Source: Lachnospiraceae bacterium
Lineage (GTDB): Bacteria > Bacillota > Clostridia > Lachnospirales > Lachnospiraceae
Length of the DNA stretch: 64,000 nucleotides
Assembly: GCA_024684675.1 (NCBI GenBank)
Contig: JAIKWO010000134.1
Coordinates: 920-64,919 of the forward strand
Reading direction: 5' to 3'
Shown here: positions 58,345-64,000 of the stretch, piece by piece
How the letters are laid out: each line of letters begins with the position of its first letter
How positions within the stretch are numbered: the first letter of the stretch is position 1
The notes under the pieces: model-generated
Told to the model about the DNA's origin: nothing
Database searches by the model: none
The model's input: only the letters and a program-made list of their open reading frames with translations
Translations under genes and position numbers: made by a program

Positions 58345-60069
58345 ATGGGTTATCGCGAGCAATTTGATTTTTGGCTGAATGATTCTTATTTTGACGAGGC
58401 TACGAAGCAGGAGCTTCTGGCGATCCGCAATGACGAGAAGGAAGTCGAGGATCGTTTTTACAGAGAGCTGGAATTCGGTACGGGCGGCCTGCGCGGCGTG
58501 ATCGGCGCCGGCACCAACCGCATGAACATTTACACCGTGCGGAAGGCAACGCAGGGACTTGCCAACTACATCTTGAAACAGGGCGGTCAGGAAAAAGGCA
58601 TCGCGATCGCGTATGATTCGCGTCGTATGTCACCTGAATTTGCGGATGAAGCGGCACTTTGCATGGCGGCAAACGGGATCCATGCATATGTCTTCGATGC
58701 ACTTCGCCCGACACCGGAACTCTCCTTTGCTTTGAGAAAACTGGGCTGCATTTCCGGTATTGTGATCACTGCAAGTCATAATCCGCCGGAGTATAACGGC
58801 TATAAAGTATACTGGGAAGACGGTGCGCAGATCACGGCGCCCAAGGATACAGAGATCATCGGTGAGGTTAAAGCGATCACCGATTACCATACCGTAAAGA
58901 CAATGGATAAGGATGCGGCGATGAAGGCCGGTCTTTATACCGTGATCGGTGCCGAGATCGATGATGCGTATATGGTCGAGCTCAAGAAGCAGATCCTGCA
59001 TCCCGAGATCATCAAGGAGATGGCGGACGAGATTAAGATCGTCTATACGCCGTTCCATGGCACGGGCAACGTACCCGTACGCCGGATCCTTAAAGAACTT
59101 GGCTTTAAACATGTGTATGTCGTACCCGAACAGGAACTTCCGGATCCGGATTTTACAACATTGGAATATCCGAACCCTGAAGATCCCAAGGCATTCAAGC
59201 TTGCACTTGAACTTGCGAAAAAAGTGGATGCGGATATCGTTCTTGCAACAGATCCCGATGCAGACCGCCTGGGAATCTACGCAAAGGATACAAAGACCGG
59301 CGAGTACATGCCGTTTACGGGTAATATGTCCGGCATGATCATCGCAGAGTACATCCTTCGTGAGCGCACGGCGCTTCAGAAGATGCCTGCGGCTCCCGCG
59401 CTTGTCACAACGATCGTAACAACGAATATGGCGCGTGTGATCTCCGAGGATTACAAGACGAGATTTATCGAAGTTTTAACAGGATTTAAGTATATCGGCG
59501 AGCAGATCAAGCTGTTTGAGCAGACCGGCTCCAATCATTATGTGTTCGGTCTTGAGGAGAGCTACGGCTGCCTTGCCGGCACGCACGCAAGAGACAAGGA
59601 TGCCGTTGTGGCTGTTATGTGTCTTTGTGAAGCGGCTGCATGGTGCAAGAAGCAGGGCATCACGCTCTGGGATCAGATGATCAAACTGTACGAGAAGTAT
59701 GGCTACTATAAAGAAGGCCAGTACACGATTACGTTAAAAGGCATCGAGGGCGCTGAGAAGATCGCTTCGATCATGGACAGCATCCGTAAGAATCCGCCTA
59801 AGAAATTCGGTGATCTTGCTGTTACGCATTTCCGCGATTACAAGGAAGATCGCCTGGTAGATCTTGCATCCGGCAAGGAATCAAAGACAGGTCTTCCTTC
59901 ATCGAATGTTCTTTATTTTGACTTGGAAGGGGATTCCTGGTGCTGCGCAAGACCGTCCGGCACGGAACCGAAACTGAAATTCTACATGGGCATTCGCGGA
60001 ACCGGGCTTGCAGATGCCGACAAGCGTCTTGCAGCGCTGACGGAAGCCGTGAAATCCAACATTGAATAG
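58345..60069 (+). CDS. pgm: Phospho-sugar mutase (phosphoglucomutase)
   Basis: FGTGGLRG, TASHNP, DPDADR, GFK, EES, RPSGTEPK. Confidence 0.93.
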   Translation: MGYREQFDFWLNDSYFDEATKQELLAIRNDEKEVEDRFYRELEFGTGGLRGVIGAGTNRMNIYTVRKATQGLANYILKQGGQEKGIAIAYDSRRMSPEFADEAALCMAANGIHAYVFDALRPTPELSFALRKLGCISGIVITASHNPPEYNGYKVYWEDGAQITAPKDTEIIGEVKAITDYHTVKTMDKDAAMKAGLYTVIGAEIDDAYMVELKKQILHPEIIKEMADEIKIVYTPFHGTGNVPVRRILKELGFKHVYVVPEQELPDPDFTTLEYPNPEDPKAFKLALELAKKVDADIVLATDPDADRLGIYAKDTKTGEYMPFTGNMSGMIIAEYILRERTALQKMPAAPALVTTIVTTNMARVISEDYKTRFIEVLTGFKYIGEQIKLFEQTGSNHYVFGLEESYGCLAGTHARDKDAVVAVMCLCEAAAWCKKQGITLWDQMIKLYEKYGYYKEGQYTITLKGIEGAEKIASIMDSIRKNPPKKFGDLAVTHFRDYKEDRLVDLASGKESKTGLPSSNVLYFDLEGDSWCCARPSGTEPKLKFYMGIRGTGLADADKRLAALTEAVKSNIE

Positions 60070-60092
60070 GGAGCATTGTTTTACCGTTTAAC

Positions 60093-60584
60093 ATGAAAAA
60101 TTTGATCAAGCAGTTTATGAAATTCGGCGTGGTCGGTGTCATCTGTTTTGCCATTGATTATGTCATCGGCCTCGCCACGATGAAGTTTGTTGTCAGGGTA
60201 TGGGGCGCATCAGCATATGAGACGGGATCCTTAGTGGGATCCGCACTCGGTTTTGTGATCTCTGTTGTTGTGAATTATATCCTGAGCTTTAAATTCGTTT
60301 TCGAGCGAAAAGAGGACATGGATCGCCGTGCGGAATTCGTGATCTTTATCGCCCTCTCCACTATCGGCCTTTTGATCAACTCGTTGGTGATCTGGCTGCA
60401 CACCGCACCTCTCTTCGGATTCTTTTCCGCAGCATTTACATGGGGCTGGGGCCTTGTCGGCATGACATTGTCCGAAGAGGCGGCGCAAAGTCTGGTCTAC
60501 ACATTCGGAAAGCTTGTTGCGACCGCGGTGGTTATGGTATATAATTTTGTGACGAGAAAAATATTTTTAGAGAAGAAAGAGTAG
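60093..60584 (+). CDS. GtrA-family flippase
   Basis: QFMKFGVVG...ID, NY-x-LS-x-KFVF, K-x-x-AT...NF-x-x-RK. Confidence 0.88.
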   Translation: MKNLIKQFMKFGVVGVICFAIDYVIGLATMKFVVRVWGASAYETGSLVGSALGFVISVVVNYILSFKFVFERKEDMDRRAEFVIFIALSTIGLLINSLVIWLHTAPLFGFFSAAFTWGWGLVGMTLSEEAAQSLVYTFGKLVATAVVMVYNFVTRKIFLEKKE

Positions 60585-60588
60585 GAGC

Positions 60589-61317
60589 ATGGAAAAGCAA
60601 CGAACGTATCGGCATGAGTACAAGTTCCTCATTGATGAACGTGACAGAGCCGATCTTTTCTACCGCATTCGTAATCTGATCCCACTCGATTCGAATGTCG
60701 GAGAGAACGGCAAATACTGGATACGCAGCGTCTATTTTGATGATTTCCAGAATAGCTGCTATCTGGAGAACGAAGACGGGATCAATGAGCGTGCCAAGTA
60801 CCGCATCCGCATTTACAATGCTTCGGATGAGCGGATCACTTTGGAACGGAAGAGAAAGAAGAATGGCATGACCTGCAAAGAGGCCGCTAAGCTGACCAAG
60901 GAAGAATGTAATCTTTTTTTGGATGGCAAGGCACTTCCGATGAGCGGATCAAGATGGGAAGAAGCGCCTGCGGTTCTGAAGCAGTTTAACATTCTGGTTA
61001 CGAGCAGGGGCTTTCGGCCCAAGACAATCGTGGAATATGAGCGGACGCCTTTTATCTATGATCTGGGCAATGTCCGGATCACATTTGATGAGAATATCTC
61101 ATCAAGCATGGACGTGAAGCATTTCTTCGAAAAGGATGCCATGCGTTATCCTGTCCTTCGAAAAGGACAACTTCTTATGGAAGTAAAATACGATGAATAT
61201 CTGCCGACTTTTATCAAGGATAACCTTGATACTGGTAAATTGCAGCAGATCAGCTTTTCAAAATATTATCTGGGGAGAAAATATACCATTCCCTGCGTAG
61301 GAGGAAGATTACAATGA
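60589..61317 (+). CDS. VTC-domain (polyphosphate polymerase-like, TTM fold) protein
   Basis: YRHEYKF (ExK), IRSVYFD, KYRIRIY, LERK, YER, VRITFD, MEVKY, SKY. Confidence 0.9.
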   Translation: MEKQRTYRHEYKFLIDERDRADLFYRIRNLIPLDSNVGENGKYWIRSVYFDDFQNSCYLENEDGINERAKYRIRIYNASDERITLERKRKKNGMTCKEAAKLTKEECNLFLDGKALPMSGSRWEEAPAVLKQFNILVTSRGFRPKTIVEYERTPFIYDLGNVRITFDENISSSMDVKHFFEKDAMRYPVLRKGQLLMEVKYDEYLPTFIKDNLDTGKLQQISFSKYYLGRKYTIPCVGGRLQ

Positions 61318-61988
61318 GTTTTAAAGACATCATCAAGAAGAGCGTACTGGAGAGCTTCACCAACAGTAACATCACAACAACGGCCGTTTGCGTGACACTT
61401 GCGATCACGACAATCCTGGCACTGTACATTTTCGCGGTATATTTTCTTTCAACCAAGAAGACATTCTATAACAAGACATTCAACATCTCGCTTGTTCCGA
61501 TCGCGGTGATCACAGCATCCATTATTCTGGCGATGCAGTCCAATCTGGCAATCTCCTTAGGTATGGTTGGTGCGTTATCCATCGTTCGTTTCCGTACAGC
61601 GATCAAAGATCCCAAGGATCTTGTGTTCCTGTTCTGGTCGATCTCGACCGGTATCATTTGCGGCGCAGGCATCTATGAGATCGCGATCATCGCATCCCTT
61701 GTTGTTACGATCGGTCTGTTCGCCCTCGAGCTGACACCTTACGGAACGGCAGCTTCTCTTCTTGTCGTAAACTGCGATTCGCTTGACAAGGAAGCAGCGA
61801 TCGTGGCAGCTGTCAAGGAGAACAGCAGACATGCATATGTGAAGTCAAGAAACGCATCGATCGCCGGTGTTGATTTCGTGATCGAGTGCAAAGCAAAAAA
61901 TGCATCTGCCATGCTGCAGAAGATTCAGCAGATGGAAGGCATCAAAGGTGTGTCCCTGCTTGATCATGACGGTGAGATCCATTTCTAA
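61314..61988 (+). CDS. DUF4956 membrane protein
   Basis: SLGMVGALSIVRFRTAIKDP signature plus C-terminal ACT-like domain; ATGA overlap with the VTC gene. Confidence 0.88.
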   Translation: MSFKDIIKKSVLESFTNSNITTTAVCVTLAITTILALYIFAVYFLSTKKTFYNKTFNISLVPIAVITASIILAMQSNLAISLGMVGALSIVRFRTAIKDPKDLVFLFWSISTGIICGAGIYEIAIIASLVVTIGLFALELTPYGTAASLLVVNCDSLDKEAAIVAAVKENSRHAYVKSRNASIAGVDFVIECKAKNASAMLQKIQQMEGIKGVSLLDHDGEIHF

Positions 61989-62025
61989 GATCATGAATGC
62001 GGCTTAGGGTCGAATTTTATAAATT

Positions 62026-62068
62026 GCAAAGATTGCTGTGCTCCAAGGCACAGCATTTTGCTTATTTT
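62026..62068 (+). terminator. Stem-loop after DUF4956
   Basis: TGCTGTGC / GCACAGCA core stem, extendable with GCAAA / TTTGC, followed by TTATTTT. Confidence 0.5.
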
Positions 62069-62087
62069 GAAAAGGAATATTCCGGTT

Positions 62088-63365
62088 ATGGCACCTATCA
62101 ATCTGCACAACCTGAAAAAAGCATATCGGTACTGCAAGAAGAACGGTGTCATTGCGGCGTTTGATGCCTGCAGGGAGCGGTTGACGGTAAAGCCCCTTCC
62201 CTATGAAAAGCGCATGGTGTCGGAAGAAGAACTGCAAAGACAGAGAGAGGCGCTTTTTTCGGGAACGCCGCTCGTGTCCGTTCTTGTGCCGGCATACTGT
62301 ACGGATCCTTCCTATTTTGATGCAATGATTCGTTCTCTTCTGGTGCAGACCTACGAAAACTGGGAGCTGATCATTGCGGACGCAAGCCCGGACGAAGCAC
62401 CGCTTCGGACGATTGCCTACGGCTTTGCCGATAAGCGGATCCATTACTATCACCTTGAGAACAATGCGGGAATATCGGAGAATACCAATCGAGCGCTGGA
62501 GCAGGCAAGTGGCCGCTACATTGCGCTTCTGGATCATGATGATTTTTTGGAACCGGATGCGCTCTATCATATGCTGATGGTATTCGAGACCAATCCGAAA
62601 GCGCAGGTTGCGTATTCGGATGAAGATAAAGTGAGTGGCGACGGACTTCGTTTCTATGAGCCACACTATAAGCTGAAATTCAATCTGGATTTAATTTTGT
62701 CCAATAATTATATCTGCCACTTTCTGATGATGGAGGCGGGGCTCATGAAAAGGCTCGGCTTTCGAGCTGCATATGACGGCGCACAGGACCATGATCTGAT
62801 CCTGCGGGCGGCGGGAACGCTGTTTCGGAGCAAGGGTGCGATCGTGCATGTGCCGGAAGTGCTGTATCACTGGCGCTGCCATGAATCCTCCACAGCCGAG
62901 AATCCGGAAAGCAAGAGATATGCCTATGAGGCAGGACTTTGTGCAGTCCGTGATCTCATTCGAAAGATGGGATGGAAAGCGACCGTGCAGCATTCCAAGC
63001 ACCTTGGATTTTTTGATGTGACGTTTGAAAATATTTTCCGCGACAGAAAAGACATTGCGGCATACGGCGGATCACTTGTGCGCGGCGGGCGGATCGCAGG
63101 CGGTGCACTCGATGAGAACGGGAACGTTCTGTATCAGGGGTTACCCGTTCGATTCAGCGGCTATATGAACCGCGCGTCGCTTAAACAGGATGTATATGCG
63201 ATCGATGCTGCGTGCCTTGTCGTGCGCCCGGAACTTGCCGACTTTTTTCATGCGATCATGGAAAAAACGGATGATACAAAGGAAGCGGGTCTTCTTTTTG
63301 CAAAAGAGGTACAAAAGCGCGGACTCCTGCTCCTGTGGGATCCCGCAATGACGAAAAGGATCTGA
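62088..63365 (+). CDS. GT2 glycosyltransferase (paralog of the first domain of 56320..58311)
   Basis: VLVPAY, IADAS, LDHDD, YSDED, GAQDHD, YHWR. Start set at ATG 62088. Confidence 0.88.
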   Translation: MAPINLHNLKKAYRYCKKNGVIAAFDACRERLTVKPLPYEKRMVSEEELQRQREALFSGTPLVSVLVPAYCTDPSYFDAMIRSLLVQTYENWELIIADASPDEAPLRTIAYGFADKRIHYYHLENNAGISENTNRALEQASGRYIALLDHDDFLEPDALYHMLMVFETNPKAQVAYSDEDKVSGDGLRFYEPHYKLKFNLDLILSNNYICHFLMMEAGLMKRLGFRAAYDGAQDHDLILRAAGTLFRSKGAIVHVPEVLYHWRCHESSTAENPESKRYAYEAGLCAVRDLIRKMGWKATVQHSKHLGFFDVTFENIFRDRKDIAAYGGSLVRGGRIAGGALDENGNVLYQGLPVRFSGYMNRASLKQDVYAIDAACLVVRPELADFFHAIMEKTDDTKEAGLLFAKEVQKRGLLLLWDPAMTKRI

Positions 63366-63367
63366 CG

Positions 63368-64000
63368 ATGTCCAAAACAACCGTTGTGATACCGAACTAT
63401 AACGGAATTGAATATATCGAGGGGTGCCTTCGCACAATGCCGGAAGACGTGCCGGTGATCGTGGTAGACAACGGCTCGACGGATGGAAGCGCCGCCATCG
63501 TGCAGGAGAAGTTCCCGGAAGTGACGCTTCTTCGTTTTGCTGAGAACAGAGGCTTTCCTGCGGCGGTGAATGCAGGGATTAAGGCGGCGGGGACGCCGTA
63601 TGTATTCCTATTAAATAATGATACGACGATCCGTCCCGATACGATCACGGAACTGGAAAAGGTGCTCGATCAGGATGCCGATGTTTTTTCCGCATCCGCG
63701 AAAATGATCTCCATGTACCATCCGGATCGCATGGACGGTGCGGGGGACCGTTATACACTGCTTGGATGGGCTTACGCAAGGGGCAAGGATGCACCGGTAT
63801 CTTCCTATACAAAGAACTGCCGCGTGTTTTCTTCGTGCGCAGGTGCGGCGCTCTATCGAACCGAAGTGCTGAAAGAGATCGGCCTGTTTGATGAGAATCA
63901 TTTTGCATATCTGGAAGATCTTGATGTCGGCTATCGTGCACAGATCAGAGGCTTCCACAATGTGTTTGCGGCAGATGCCGTTGTGTTTCATGCGGGAAGC
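63368..64000 (+). CDS. GT2 glycosyltransferase, WbbL/rhamnosyltransferase-like, truncated at the window end
   Basis: Not in the ORF track; hand translation MSKTTVVIPNYNG...VVDNGSTDGS...NRGF...LLNND...YLEDLD, open to the end of the window. Confidence 0.85.
   Translation, partial: MSKTTVVIPNYNGIEYIEGCLRTMPEDVPVIVVDNGSTDGSAAIVQEKFPEVTLLRFAENRGFPAAVNAGIKAAGTPYVFLLNNDTTIRPDTITELEKVLDQDADVFSASAKMISMYHPDRMDGAGDRYTLLGWAYARGKDAPVSSYTKNCRVFSSCAGAALYRTEVLKEIGLFDENHFAYLEDLDVGYRAQIRGFHNVFAADAVVFHAGS

Overview
A ~50% GC chromosomal segment from an anaerobic Firmicute. The gene families and promoters look Lachnospiraceae-like; this taxonomy is an inference. No rRNA, tRNA, CRISPR array, transposase or phage gene was seen. 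From left to right: (1) a two-gene HipA-type module, an HTH/HipA-N-like protein plus a kinase that runs off the window edge and is missing from the ORF track, with a sigma-A promoter carrying twin palindromic operators. (2) A minus-strand unit of a FadR regulator, a DUF1624-like membrane protein and a HAMP/PP2C phosphatase. (3) A ~15 kb sugar-acid catabolic region under FadR and IclR regulators: split transketolase plus GarR, then a cyclase-family hydrolase, CUT2 sugar ABC transporter, KDPG-type aldolase, DgoD, Zn dehydrogenase, KdgK and glycerate kinase. (4) A perfect 34-bp REP-like hairpin and metY with a CmbR-type LysR box. (5) A beta-propeller hybrid histidine kinase with an output-less response regulator, a standalone E2-like acyltransferase, a YhaO/YhaN (SbcD/SbcC-like) pair and a PAS-only protein. 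(6) A >32 kb cell-surface polysaccharide locus: acyltransferase, DUF6077 pair, UDP-GlcA epimerase, CotH kinase, GT2s, SGNH proteins, GtrII, small EamA pair, rmlBAC interleaved with two paralogous membrane-anchored GH25 muramidases, wzm/wzt, a methyltransferase-kinase, phospho-sugar mutase, GtrA, VTC and DUF4956. The strongest leads are a possible transketolase-based route that yields tartronate semialdehyde, a VTC/DUF4956/CotH extracellular phosphorylation module inside the glycan locus, and the HipBS-HipT-like module. All functional calls come from motif recognition by eye; no database searches were run.
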